A DNA stretch of 64,000 bases, from positions 1 to 64,000 of the forward strand of contig JAPDJI010000006.1 of the NCBI GenBank assembly GCA_029259155.1. Direction: 5' to 3'. A program made the position numbers and the translations under genes. The notes below the pieces were generated by a model. It did not search any database and had not been told where the DNA came from. It saw only the letters and a program-made list of their open reading frames with translations. This document shows positions 9,763 through 19,305 of this stretch, in pieces (within the stretch, counting starts at the first letter, position 1; each line of letters begins with the position of its first letter). Origin of the DNA: Candidatus Methanomethylicia archaeon (GTDB lineage: Archaea > Thermoproteota > Methanomethylicia > Nezhaarchaeales > B40-G2).

Positions 9763-11127
9763 TCAGTAGCGCTTAAGTATTAGCCTAGTCCGAGTTCCCG
9801 CTACACCTTTAATCGCTCTTATTCTATCTAGCCTCTCGTTAAGCTCGACGATGGAGCTGGCTGAAAGCCTAACCTCAATGTCGAACTCTCCGCTTAGCTC
9901 GAAGACCTCTTCTACTCCCTCTATGCTCAGGATGCGCTTAGCTACTGAAGCGGTGTGTATATTGCTGGTGCACTGCACCATTACTGAGGCTTCTATTCTT
10001 TTAGGTACCTCAACGCTCGGTTTGATCCCTAATACTTCCTCGACGAAGGAAGCAAGGTCCATGTCGCCGTGTAGGCGTAGAGCTGGCCTGCTCCTCAAGG
10101 CCTTTAACACAACGTTCACCTGCTCATTATCCAGCTTTAATCCAAGCTTTTCCAACTTGTTTCTAAGAGCCTTGACTGAACAGTACTTCGAAACCTCTAT
10201 CTCTACCTTCCTGCCAGCTTCTTCAGGCTTTATAGGCCAAAGAACATTTAATCCTTCAAGCGCCAAGTCCATGCGCGGCCCTGTCTTAACCGTGAAGCTA
10301 TAGTCTCCTACTACTGGGCTATGGGTGGGTAGAGGTATACCGCTATATTTTTCCACGAGCATGGATAGGCGTGGAAGGCCATTTAACCTAACGGTCTCTA
10401 TTTTAGCTAAGGTCTTTAAGGCTACTGCTACCTCAGCCATTGACGTTATGCCTGGGCCTTCACCTATGCCGTTAACTGCTACGTGTACTCCTTCAGCTCC
10501 TCCGCTTAAGGCGGCTATTGCATTAGCTACCGCCAACCCCATACCGTCATAGCACTTTGCCTCCAGCTTTGCTCCTACTTTTTTCTTGACCTCTTCGAAG
10601 AGGGATCTAACCTCGTTAGGACCCAATAAGCTAGAGGTATCTACTAGGCAGAGTGTATCAGCTCCTTCACTAACCGCTTGTTCACAGAGAACCAGTAGAT
10701 CTTGAAGAGCTGTTTGGGAAGCCCATTCAATAAGCAGGGTGACCTTAACGCCTCTCTCAAGCGCAGCCTTGATTCCCTCCTTCAGCTCCTTTTCCCAGCT
10801 AAGCCCTAGTCTATTTGAAGCCTCTTTCCATGCGGAGGTCGCCAGCATTACTCTATCGATGTTGCACTCGATGGCTGCTTCAACTTCTTCAGCAGATAAC
10901 CAAGCTCTAGCCGCTACTTCAGCTTGTAGGCCTTCACCTGCCACCTCTCTAACAGCCTCGAAGTCTTCATCACTAATAGCTGGCCTACCTACTTCGATGA
11001 CGTCTACCCCTATCCTATCTAGCTCTCTTGCAACCTCTACTTTCTGATCTACAGTGAAGGAAACCCCGGCAGCCAGTTCACCTTCACACAGTGTTGAGTC
11101 GACGATCTTTATCTTCAAGCAAGACAC
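9763..11127 (-). CDS. Homocitrate/isopropylmalate synthase-like (DRE-TIM) protein with C-terminal Lrp/AsnC (RAM) domain; active site degenerate
   Basis: DSTLCEGEL (canonical D[S/T]TLR[D/E]GEQ), KCYDGMGLAVAN (canonical HxHND.G.A.AN), NGIGEG; C-terminal IEGVEEVFELSGEFDI RAM motif. Confidence 0.8.
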   Translation of the reverse strand: MSCLKIKIVDSTLCEGELAAGVSFTVDQKVEVARELDRIGVDVIEVGRPAISDEDFEAVREVAGEGLQAEVAARAWLSAEEVEAAIECNIDRVMLATSAWKEASNRLGLSWEKELKEGIKAALERGVKVTLLIEWASQTALQDLLVLCEQAVSEGADTLCLVDTSSLLGPNEVRSLFEEVKKKVGAKLEAKCYDGMGLAVANAIAALSGGAEGVHVAVNGIGEGPGITSMAEVAVALKTLAKIETVRLNGLPRLSMLVEKYSGIPLPTHSPVVGDYSFTVKTGPRMDLALEGLNVLWPIKPEEAGRKVEIEVSKYCSVKALRNKLEKLGLKLDNEQVNVVLKALRSRPALRLHGDMDLASFVEEVLGIKPSVEVPKRIEASVMVQCTSNIHTASVAKRILSIEGVEEVFELSGEFDIEVRLSASSIVELNERLDRIRAIKGVAGTRTRLILKRY

Positions 11128-11221
11128 CTACGCCTGCCTAACCCTATCGGGCTCCATTTAAGCCTTATGAGTACGCCTAGACGGGGGGTACCTCAACCCT
11201 TAACTCAAGTTAAGAGGGGAG

Positions 11222-11410
11222 TCACTTCTCTATAGCTATTGCGAAGTCTGGGCATAGGAGTTCGCAGAGCTTACAGGCCAAGCATTTATCATCTATCGGC
11301 TTAGGAGGCTCTCCCTCAACCTCTGCTGGGCGAAGTGCTTTACTTGGACAGAACTCGACGCATATGCCACACCCCTTACATAGCTTCTCATCTATGTAAA
11401 TCCTGGCCAT
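11222..11410 (-). CDS. korD: 2-oxoacid:ferredoxin oxidoreductase delta subunit (ferredoxin)
   Basis: CKGCGICVEFCP...CLACKLCELLCPDFAI; last gene of the alpha-beta-gamma run. Confidence 0.88.
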   Translation of the reverse strand: MARIYIDEKLCKGCGICVEFCPSKALRPAEVEGEPPKPIDDKCLACKLCELLCPDFAIAIEK

Positions 11411-11949
11411 TAAACCACCACTAAACTGAAGCCTAACCTTAAGGCTTCAAGTGCAACTGACCCTCTCACCTTAGCTCTAACTTCAGGCAGCTCTTCAATC
11501 AAAGCTTTTTCGAGGCTACGTAAACTCGGAATGCCCATCAGCTTCGATAAAGCTCCAACTAAAATTAGATTGCCAAGTAATGGCTTCTTCAACTTCTCTT
11601 CAGCTAATCTGAAGGCCGGGATAGTAACAGCTTTATAATTCTCGGTCGATACTTCCTTCACCTTCTCATCAATCACCAGCAGCCCTCCCAGCTTCAGTTT
11701 TCGGAGAGCTTTTCTAGCCACTCTCTCACTCATAATTATCAGGGCATCGAGCCTAGAAGTAAAAGGATAGGCTATAGGCCCGTCTGAAAGCACTAACTCG
11801 CTTAGGCTCAACGTACCCCTAACCTCCGCTCCATAACTGACAGATTGAGAAGCGTTGAATCCATCAAGCACTGCCGCCTTCCCTATGATAGATCCCGCCA
11901 CTAAAACTCCCTGTCCACCTATCCCTGCTACTCCTACCTCAAGCCTCAA
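11410..11949 (-). CDS. korC: 2-oxoacid:ferredoxin oxidoreductase gamma subunit
   Basis: AGIGGQGV, SYGAEVRG motifs; start refined to TTG 11949. Confidence 0.88.
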   Translation of the reverse strand: MRLEVGVAGIGGQGVLVAGSIIGKAAVLDGFNASQSVSYGAEVRGTLSLSELVLSDGPIAYPFTSRLDALIIMSERVARKALRKLKLGGLLVIDEKVKEVSTENYKAVTIPAFRLAEEKLKKPLLGNLILVGALSKLMGIPSLRSLEKALIEELPEVRAKVRGSVALEALRLGFSLVVV

Positions 11950-12766
11950 GCCCAGCCTTCCTCCCAGCTCTTTCAATCATTAACTTGTAGGTTTCAACAA
12001 AGCCCGGCTTCTCTCTGTCGGCGTAAACCCCGACTAGGATTCTTCCTTCCACATCTATGCCGCTGGCCTTACTAACGTCTAGGCTTCTCCGGAGCATCCA
12101 CTTCATCATCTCAGCTGGCTTAGCCATTTTATTGCGCCTACCGAACTGTGTAGGACAATGCGACAAGGCTTCGACGTAAGCAAACCCCTTCCTCTCTAAG
12201 GCCCTTCTAATAGCATTTTTCAGCATTACAGCGTGGGCCACGGTCCACCTAGCTACGTAGCTTGCCCCTGCATCAGCAACTAGCCTTGCCACATCCATTC
12301 CGGGCTCAGGGTTTCCATAGGGAGTAGTGCTGGTGTAGGAGCCTTGCGGCGTGGTTGGAGCGGTCTGACCCCCAGTCATGCCATAGATCATGTTGTTAAC
12401 CATTATCACCTTTATCTCTAGGTTTCTTCTAGCTGCATGTATTAGGTGGCTTAGCCCTATTCCTGCTAAGTCGCCGTCTCCCCCGAAAACTACTACTTCC
12501 TTATCCGGCCTAACCATCTTGATCCCTGTAGCCACAGGTATGCTCCTACCATGAAGTGTATGTATGGTATCGGCCTTAAAATGAGGAGAAGGTATCCAGG
12601 AGGAGCAGCCTATTCCGCTACAAAACACGAAGTTGCCCAGGTCTTCGTAGCCTAACTCCTCGACTGCCTTAAAGAAACAGTTTGCCACGATACCGCAGCC
12701 ACATCCTGGACAGAAAGGAGTAGGTAAGACTTCTTCGCGTAGGTATTTAAGAGCGAAGTGCCTCAT
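11939..12766 (-). CDS. korB: 2-oxoacid:ferredoxin oxidoreductase beta subunit (TPP-binding)
   Basis: FCPGCG, SGIGCS, HTLHGR, GGDGD...NN.IYGMTGGQ. Confidence 0.93.
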   Translation of the reverse strand: MRHFALKYLREEVLPTPFCPGCGCGIVANCFFKAVEELGYEDLGNFVFCSGIGCSSWIPSPHFKADTIHTLHGRSIPVATGIKMVRPDKEVVVFGGDGDLAGIGLSHLIHAARRNLEIKVIMVNNMIYGMTGGQTAPTTPQGSYTSTTPYGNPEPGMDVARLVADAGASYVARWTVAHAVMLKNAIRRALERKGFAYVEALSHCPTQFGRRNKMAKPAEMMKWMLRRSLDVSKASGIDVEGRILVGVYADREKPGFVETYKLMIERAGRKAGLEA

Positions 12767-13914
12767 CTACGCCACCTCAAGAGTTGGTTGACCACTTCCC
12801 TAGGGGTGATCGGCCTTCCGCCACCTACCTTATTCAACCCTACTACGCGGCAAGCCTCCCGCGCCACTCTTCTTACCTCTAAAGATATTTGTCCAAGATT
12901 AAGCTCGGGTACGACTATCACATCTACCCTCTCTGAAAGAGCTTTTACAGGTTTATCGGGGAAGGGCCAGATGGTCTTCAATCTAACGTGGCCTACCTTT
13001 ACCCCCTTATCTTCAGCCATCTTTATCGCTTCATATACGCTCCTAGAGGTGCAGCCGTAAGACACTACTCCTACCTCAGCTTCCTCTATGCCTTGCAGCT
13101 CTACCTTAACTATGTCGTCGACGTGATCCATTATCTTCCTAACTAGCCTAGTCACCAACTTACTATGTACCATGGGCGATGCGGTGTGCCTGTAGCCATA
13201 TTCATCATGGGTCGATCCGGTGACGAGGAGGTTGAAGCCATCGCCGAGCCTAGGCATGGGTGGCACACCGTTAGGTTTAATGGATCCGAAGGGGGCTTCG
13301 TCAAGGCTATATGGTCTTCGCCTCTCCACGAGTACTATTTTGTCCTCAGAGGGGACCTCCACCCTCTCCCTCAAGTGCCCTACTATTTCATCAGCTAAAA
13401 CTATGACTGGGCATCGATAACGCTCAGAAAGGTTAAACGCCTCCACGGTTAAGTCGAACATTTCTTGAGCTGAGTTAGGACATAGAGCAATAATGGCTTG
13501 ATCTCCGTGTCTACCCCATCTAGCTTGCATGACATCTCCTTGTCCACATTTAGTGGCTTGGCCCGTAGCTGGTCCCAGACGTTGAACATCCACTATTACG
13601 CCTGGGGTCTCCGTCATTACCATGTACCCTATTGCCTCCTGCATGAGGCTAAATCCAGGGCCGCTAGTCGCTGTCATTGCCTTAGCCCCCGCCCATGAAG
13701 CTCCGATTACTGCGTTGATGGCTGCAATCTCGTCTTCGACCTGTAGAAATACTCCCTTTAAGAGGGGGAGCCTTGACGCCATCCTCTCCATGATCTCCCT
13801 CTGAGGCGTAATAGGGTATCCGGCAAAGAAGCTACATTCCGCCGCTAGGGCACCCTCAGCGCAGGCTACATTCCCCTCCCAAAAATGAACTCCAGCTAGT
13901 ACTCTCTTCTCCAT
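12763..13914 (-). CDS. korA: 2-oxoacid:ferredoxin oxidoreductase alpha subunit
   Basis: FFAGYPITP, EDEIAA, ATSGPGFSLMQE. Confidence 0.93.
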   Translation of the reverse strand: MEKRVLAGVHFWEGNVACAEGALAAECSFFAGYPITPQREIMERMASRLPLLKGVFLQVEDEIAAINAVIGASWAGAKAMTATSGPGFSLMQEAIGYMVMTETPGVIVDVQRLGPATGQATKCGQGDVMQARWGRHGDQAIIALCPNSAQEMFDLTVEAFNLSERYRCPVIVLADEIVGHLRERVEVPSEDKIVLVERRRPYSLDEAPFGSIKPNGVPPMPRLGDGFNLLVTGSTHDEYGYRHTASPMVHSKLVTRLVRKIMDHVDDIVKVELQGIEEAEVGVVSYGCTSRSVYEAIKMAEDKGVKVGHVRLKTIWPFPDKPVKALSERVDVIVVPELNLGQISLEVRRVAREACRVVGLNKVGGGRPITPREVVNQLLRWRR

Positions 13915-14120
13915 GATTAGCCTAGTAGAAGGCTGCCTTCATGCATTTAAGCTTTATCAGCTCTCCACACAGCTTCTCAACGCTTTGCCACCTAGTGCCT
14001 TCTTGGTGGTAAATTAGTCGACGGAATCAAAGTAAGAACATATATGTTCCTCTTGGACAGCTATTTTATTAAAAAAACACTTCTTAACACCTAAACCATA
14101 AGTCCTACATAAGGCTAGGG

Positions 14121-14409
14121 ATGGACATGAAGCTGTGTATTGGAGGGGTTTATACGAAGAACGAAGACGCCATAACTGTTCTCGTTAACCATTACGGCAT
14201 GTTGCTGAAAGCCGGAAGCAAGCGCTACACCTTCTACGTTGAGCATAGAGGAGTAAATTAACCGTAAAAGAGGTAGCTGAGTTAAAGGAGTTAAGGAGAA
14301 AGTACCTACATGATAGTACCCTGAGTAGTGGATTAAGCAGAAGACTTTGGACCTTTTCAGCAATGATTGGGATAAAGAGGCTGAGTTGAGGGAAGAGGCG
14401 GAGGGTTGA
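14121..14409 (+). pseudogene. Probable decayed gene (frameshifts and in-frame stop)
   Basis: Protein-like fragments in different frames: MDMKLCIGGVYTKNEDAITVLVNHYG..., KEVAELKELRRKYL, YPE*WIKQKTLDLFSNDWDKEAELREEAEG*. Confidence 0.4.
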
Positions 14410-14594
14410 TGTCGAGGACGCTTGGCTTTAAGTGCTTGCCGCTTGGGGGTTAGTGTTGTTGGCTAAGCTAATGGCTCCTTAGTGGCTGCATGGAATGAGT
14501 TTAGTTGGGCGTGGATAACAACTGTCCGCGCCGTGGGGTTTGCGTTAAGGGTTAGTAGGGTGTTTCCTTAAGTCATCGTCGCCTAGTAGAGCCT

Positions 14595-14915
14595 TTATCG
14601 TTGACTGTCCTCGACGAGGCTGTCTGTGTTTACGGCTTTTGCTTCAATTAAGCATGCTTTCTCCATGAGCTAGGCGCCCTCAGTGACTAGGGTTAAACCT
14701 GTCGTGCTTAGCTACGTATAGGTAGGCAGCGTCGTGGAACGTTAGTTTGAGCTTGGAGGCTAGCTTCATGATCCCTGTGTAGTCCTGGAGGCTCCTCTTT
14801 TCAACCTCCTTTTCAAAGGCCCTTCTATCAACCTCGCTGACCCTCGCTCCATGGCTCTCGATCAACTCCTTAAGCTTCCTTGAAATTCTAATGCTGATCG
14901 TCACACTATTTAACG
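14595..14915 (-). pseudogene. vapBC toxin-antitoxin remnant: antitoxin N-terminus joined by deletion to a PIN C-terminus
   Basis: SVTISIRISRKLKELIESHGARVSEV.RRAFEKEV (RHH-like) runs into IMKLASKLKLTFHDAAYLYVAK; after a frameshift LTLVTEGA*LMEKA (canonical LVTED.KL). Confidence 0.72.
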
Positions 14916-15010
14916 TAGCATGCCTGACATATTTACGGTTGAAATAGCTATGCATGTTGTGGAGGGCACGGTTCAGGTTAGGAGTTAGCTTTGTTGTCGT
15001 GCGGTGTTGG

Positions 15011-15523
15011 TTAGCAGGAGAAGCGCCCATTGTCTTTGGCTTCGCGGACCCTTTGCACTACGTTCTCAAGCCACCCTATCGTCTTCACGTTCCTGATGTC
15101 GAACGCTGGGACGTAGGGCTTGATGTCCAATAGAGGGGTTCCGTCGACTATGTCCACGTCCTGTATGTGGAGCGTGTTGCCCTCTCTTCGCAGTAACCTG
15201 ACTATCGATATCCCTATGGGGTTAGGTCTTGGAGGAGCCCGTGTAGCGAAGATTCCCTGTGGCTGGTTGTTCATGTAGGGTTTAACCTTCAACAGGCTCT
15301 CCTTTACGAGGTGGAAGTGGTATATGAGGATGATGTGGGAGAAGCCCTCTAAGCCATCTAGCCCCTCCGCGTACTCTGGGTATACCTCGACGGTCCCTTT
15401 GACGCCTTCAGCGGCTGCGGGCTATATTGGGGTGCCCTTGGGCTCTTTAAAGGGCGTATGTATAAACCCTATGGGCTTATAGGTTATGTGAGTACTCGAG
15501 GAAAGGAATGGCGTGTTTAACAC
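15011..15523 (-). pseudogene. trmO: tRNA m6t6A37 methyltransferase TrmO/TsaA (YaeB) interrupted by an in-frame TAG at 15422-15424
   Basis: Continuous frame from GTG 15523: ITYKPIGFIHTPFKEPKGTPI*PAAAEG...GLDGLEGFSHIILIYHFH...GIFATRAPPRPNPIG...DGTPLLDIKPY. Confidence 0.85.
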
Positions 15524-15805
15524 CCTTAGTTGGGTTAGCTGGGCTTAAGTTAAGAGTTAGCCTCATTAACAGGCTTGTCGCCTCCGGCTTTCAAGGTGTT
15601 GTTGAGGCTCCTAGGTGCTCTCCTAGCTGAGGGCTTAATTGAGCTTGATGCGGCCTGAGGGGGTGTTTAAGCGAGCTGGCCGCGGTTAAGGGATGCGTCC
15701 AACCTCACCGACGCTAGAGGCTTAAGTCGGCTCACTGTTGATAGGGCTTTTCTTGGAGGGAGGAGGTGTCGGCTACTACGCGCCCGAAGAGGCTTCGCTG
15801 GAGCT

Positions 15806-15922
15806 TTAAGTCATGGTTTTAGCTGCGTTCTCAACGTCTAGCTGTAAGGCCTCAGCTCTCTCAAGGTATCCTCTCGCGAGCTTAGCCCTATATTCGGCCT
15901 CCTTTGAAGGATTCAGCTTCAA
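15806..15922 (-). pseudogene. HEPN-domain remnant (internally deleted)
   Basis: MKLNPSKEAEYRAKLARGYLERAEALQLDVENAAKTMT* resembles the archaeal HEPN N-terminus (YR..LA..YL..AE...QL.VENAAK) with a missing segment. Confidence 0.55.
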
Positions 15923-16128
15923 GCCTTACCCCTGGATGGGCTCAAGCTCTTCGCTTAGAGACTTAGCTAGGCTCATAGCTGGCGCTACGCTGGTAAGAAG
16001 ACCGTATCCCATGCAACTACCTTAAAAGGCGCTACACCGCGGTGCTGAAGCGATGATCGTGCCCAGCTTTTTTGCGAGGACATAACACTTTAAGTTGGTG
16101 GGTTAACGTAGGGTTCTTGGGGTAGGCC

Positions 16129-17316
16129 GTGGCTTACGTCTCGTCCGCTCGCCTCGACGCTGCACGAAGAATCATGGAGGAGTTCGCCTGCTCGACAGGC
16201 CTACTTCCTGAAGGCTATCCACGGCGCTACCTATGGACAGATGCCTTCGCGGTGTTCAACTTCTTGGAGCTCCATAGGCTTACAGGCGAGGCGCTCTATA
16301 AGCAGCTCGCGTTGCGCCTTGTAGAACAGGTTCACCACGTCTTGGGAAAGCATCGCGGAGACGATGGGCGTAGCGGCTGGATAAGCGGGCTTGAAGACCG
16401 TGAGGCTGAGGAACACCCGACGGCCCGCGGCTTAAGGATAGGCAAGAAGCTACCTGAGCGCGGACCAGACGAGCCTTACGACCCTATCTTGGAGTGGGAG
16501 CGCGACGGTCAATACTACCACTACCTCACTAAGTGGATGCTCGCCCTATGCAGGGTAGCTCAGGCGACAGGCGACGCTAAGTACCTTAGATGCTCCGTGG
16601 AGCTAGCCGAGGTAGCACACGCCGCCTTCACTTACACCTCGTCTCTCGATGGCCGCAAGCACCTATACTGGAAGATGAGTATAGACCTCTCCCGCCCCCT
16701 AGTACCTCAGGAAGGTCAGCACGACGCGCTCGACGGCCTCATAACCTACGCTGAGCTTCAAGCAGCCTCGCCGGCGGGGTCGCTGCACCTAAGGAACCAG
16801 GTAACGGATGCTCTAAGCATGTGTAGGGAAAGAGATTGGAGTGAGTGGGTTACTGATGACCTGCTCGGCGTAGGTGAGCTCTTAAGCCTCTCCTTCAGGG
16901 CGGCGAGGCTAATTCTCGAGGGCATGGACTACTTAGCTGAGCTGCTATACCCTCTGCTCGAGGCTGCGCACGTTAGCCTTAGAGCTTACCTGTCTAAGGA
17001 CTTCTTCAACCTTCCAGCCAGCCGTAGGCTCGCCTTCCGCGAGCTCGGCCTCTCGATAGGCCTTCACGCCGCTGAGAGGCTTAAAGCCCTGGCCGGGAAG
17101 TTACGCGCCCTCCACCATCCATTACTTAAGGACGTAGGAAGGTTTACTTCGATGAACGAGGAGATTGAAAGGTTCTGGCTTAACCCAGCAAGCTGGGAGG
17201 CTGATACTTGGGTGGAGCACCGGGACATTAACATGGTCATGCTGGCGACGAGCCTAATACCCGATGGATACCTCGGTCGACTACCCAGCTCTGTGCAGCG
17301 TGAAGATCTACGTTGA
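16129..17316 (+). CDS. Conserved uncharacterised protein, possible (alpha/alpha)-barrel fold
   Basis: RYLWTDAFAV, GLRIGK, ERDGQYYHYLTKW, WKMSIDLSRPL, LAFRELGLSIG, HRDINMVMLATSL blocks; GC-richer than flanks. Confidence 0.7.
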   Translation: MAYVSSARLDAARRIMEEFACSTGLLPEGYPRRYLWTDAFAVFNFLELHRLTGEALYKQLALRLVEQVHHVLGKHRGDDGRSGWISGLEDREAEEHPTARGLRIGKKLPERGPDEPYDPILEWERDGQYYHYLTKWMLALCRVAQATGDAKYLRCSVELAEVAHAAFTYTSSLDGRKHLYWKMSIDLSRPLVPQEGQHDALDGLITYAELQAASPAGSLHLRNQVTDALSMCRERDWSEWVTDDLLGVGELLSLSFRAARLILEGMDYLAELLYPLLEAAHVSLRAYLSKDFFNLPASRRLAFRELGLSIGLHAAERLKALAGKLRALHHPLLKDVGRFTSMNEEIERFWLNPASWEADTWVEHRDINMVMLATSLIPDGYLGRLPSSVQREDLR

Positions 17317-17628
17317 GTGTGAACTTCATTGAAGAATAGCGGATCAGCAACATACGTCACAAACCCAGTAAGATTGAATTGGCCGGTTAAAGGGAAGACG
17401 CTGGGTGACTGTCTTACGTAAGCTTTGAAGGGAGGCATTGAAAGCGATCGAGAAGTGCAATAACAATGCTTTTTTATAGCCTGGAGCTTAAAAGAGGATG
17501 CGAATATGATGTGAGAGCCTTGAAGTGTTCCGGCTGCGGCGCTTGTATGGACTTAGGCAAGGGGCCGCCGTTGATGAAGGCGCCAGCCACTTGCGTTAGG
17601 GCGAAGAGTAAGTAGGCTGGACGTAGCC

Positions 17629-18018
17629 ATGTACCGGAGGAGGGCTAAGCCACGCACGAGGCCCCTAAGCTCCAGGAGCCATGAGTACTGGGACTTCAGG
17701 ACGGACGTGTTGGTGGTAGCTGAGAAGGACTCGGTTGCTAAGGCCATCGGCCGAGGACTGTCAATAAGCGGGCGAAGCTTTCCGATGAAAAATTGTCTAC
17801 TCAAAGCTTCCATAAAGGCTGAGGGAGGCACTGTGTGGACGACAGGTTTTGATAAACATTACAAGCATTTTGAGGTCTCCTTTAGCTTAACTGATGAAGA
17901 GACGCTCGTGGAGGCGAGGATTGAACAGCTAGGCGCCTTATTGTCACATGGCAATGATGAGAGAGCTCAGCGATGGATAAAGACGATCTTCAACACCATT
18001 ATTCAAGCATCCTCCTAA
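17629..18018 (+). pseudogene. Chimeric ORF containing a type IA topoisomerase Toprim N-terminal fragment
   Basis: DVLVVAEKDSVAKAIG matches L(V/I)(V/I)AEKPSVAK.IA, then continues into unrelated sequence. Confidence 0.5.
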
Positions 18019-18078
18019 CCGTGTTAAACCGATAGAAAACCCGATAAACCCCTATCTGCCTGATAAGCGCGGCTAAAT

Positions 18079-18348
18079 ATGGCAAAGAAATATGCGCTTA
18101 TCGTTGCTTTGGGCAAGGACCGTCCAGGCCTCATAGCTGGCTTAGCCTCAGCCGTGGCTGAGGTGGGAGGTAACATAGAGGATCTGGATGAAGTGGTGAT
18201 GAAGGGGGTTTTCGTCATGAACCTGCTCATCAGCCTCGAGGGAGATCAGAGAAGCTTCGAAGAGCTACGCAGCCATATTTTAGAGAAAGGCAAAGAACTG
18301 GGGTTAAGGGTGGAGGTTCACGATCCTAAAGAGGAGGGTTGGGTTTAG
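18079..18348 (+). CDS. Stand-alone ACT domain protein
   Basis: GKDRPGLIAGLA...GGNIEDL. Confidence 0.88.
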   Translation: MAKKYALIVALGKDRPGLIAGLASAVAEVGGNIEDLDEVVMKGVFVMNLLISLEGDQRSFEELRSHILEKGKELGLRVEVHDPKEEGWV

Positions 18349-19289
18349 GCTTGAGAGTTGTGGTTACTGTAGCTGGCTTCGATAGACCTGGTATAGTAGC
18401 TGGTATAACCGAAGCTTTGGCATCGCTGAACGCCAACATCGTTAAGGCGAGAGCCTCCTCCCTTCTAAACCTCTTTGTAATGGTACTTCTGGTCGACCTG
18501 GCAGAGGTGAAGGTCCCCTTTAAGGTAGTGGAGGACGTACTCAAGGAAAGAGGCAATGAAATAGGTGTAGGCGTATCTATAGAGACGGAAGACGGCTTCC
18601 TCAAAGAACGGCGACTCGTGGCATTTGATGCTGACGGTACATTAATAGATGGCGAGGTCATCGACGAGCTAGCTAAGGAAGCAGGAGTGGAAAAAGAGGT
18701 CAAGGAGATCACGAGGAAGGCTATGGAAGGTGAGATAAGCTTCAAGGAAGCCCTTAAAATGAGGACAGCCTTGCTTAAAGGCCTCCCGATAGACCGGGTC
18801 AAGAAGGTAGCTAATAGGATTAAGGTGGTTCCTGGAGCGCAGGAAATGATCTCAACGTTAAGGAGCGCAGGCTTCATTACCGTGTTGATAACGGGAGGCT
18901 TTGATATAATCGCTGAGGAGGTAGGACGTAAATTAGGGTTTGACTACGTCTTCGCTAACCGCCTCGTTGTCAAGGACGGTGTACTGACAGGAGAGGTGGA
19001 GGGGGGCATCATGGATCCTGAAGATAAATTAAGGGTATTAAAGGAAGTAGCTGAAAAACATGGAATTAAGCTAGAGGAGTGCGTAGCTATAGGGGATGGG
19101 GCCAACGACCTGTTGATAATAAAGAATGTAGGTCTAGGGATAGGCTTCAACCCTAAACGTGTGGTTAAGGAACAGGCTAAGGCTCTTGTCGGCATAAAGG
19201 ACATGAGGGCGGTCTTAGCCCTAATGGGCTTCGGTCAGCTAAAACGAGACATCGAAGCCAAGGTAAAACAATCCAACGCTAATAGTTAA
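18339..19289 (+). CDS. serB: Phosphoserine phosphatase with N-terminal ACT domain
   Basis: GFDRPGIV ACT; HAD motifs FDADGTL, EVIDELA, TGGF, GDGANDL. Confidence 0.93.
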   Translation: MGLGLRVVVTVAGFDRPGIVAGITEALASLNANIVKARASSLLNLFVMVLLVDLAEVKVPFKVVEDVLKERGNEIGVGVSIETEDGFLKERRLVAFDADGTLIDGEVIDELAKEAGVEKEVKEITRKAMEGEISFKEALKMRTALLKGLPIDRVKKVANRIKVVPGAQEMISTLRSAGFITVLITGGFDIIAEEVGRKLGFDYVFANRLVVKDGVLTGEVEGGIMDPEDKLRVLKEVAEKHGIKLEECVAIGDGANDLLIIKNVGLGIGFNPKRVVKEQAKALVGIKDMRAVLALMGFGQLKRDIEAKVKQSNANS

Positions 19290-19305
19290 AAAATGAAGTA
19301 TTAGG

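Noticed and set aside
17320-17445. Three ATTGAA motifs suggesting a degenerate CRISPR array
   Set aside because: Spacing is irregular and the sequences upstream of each motif are not similar to each other
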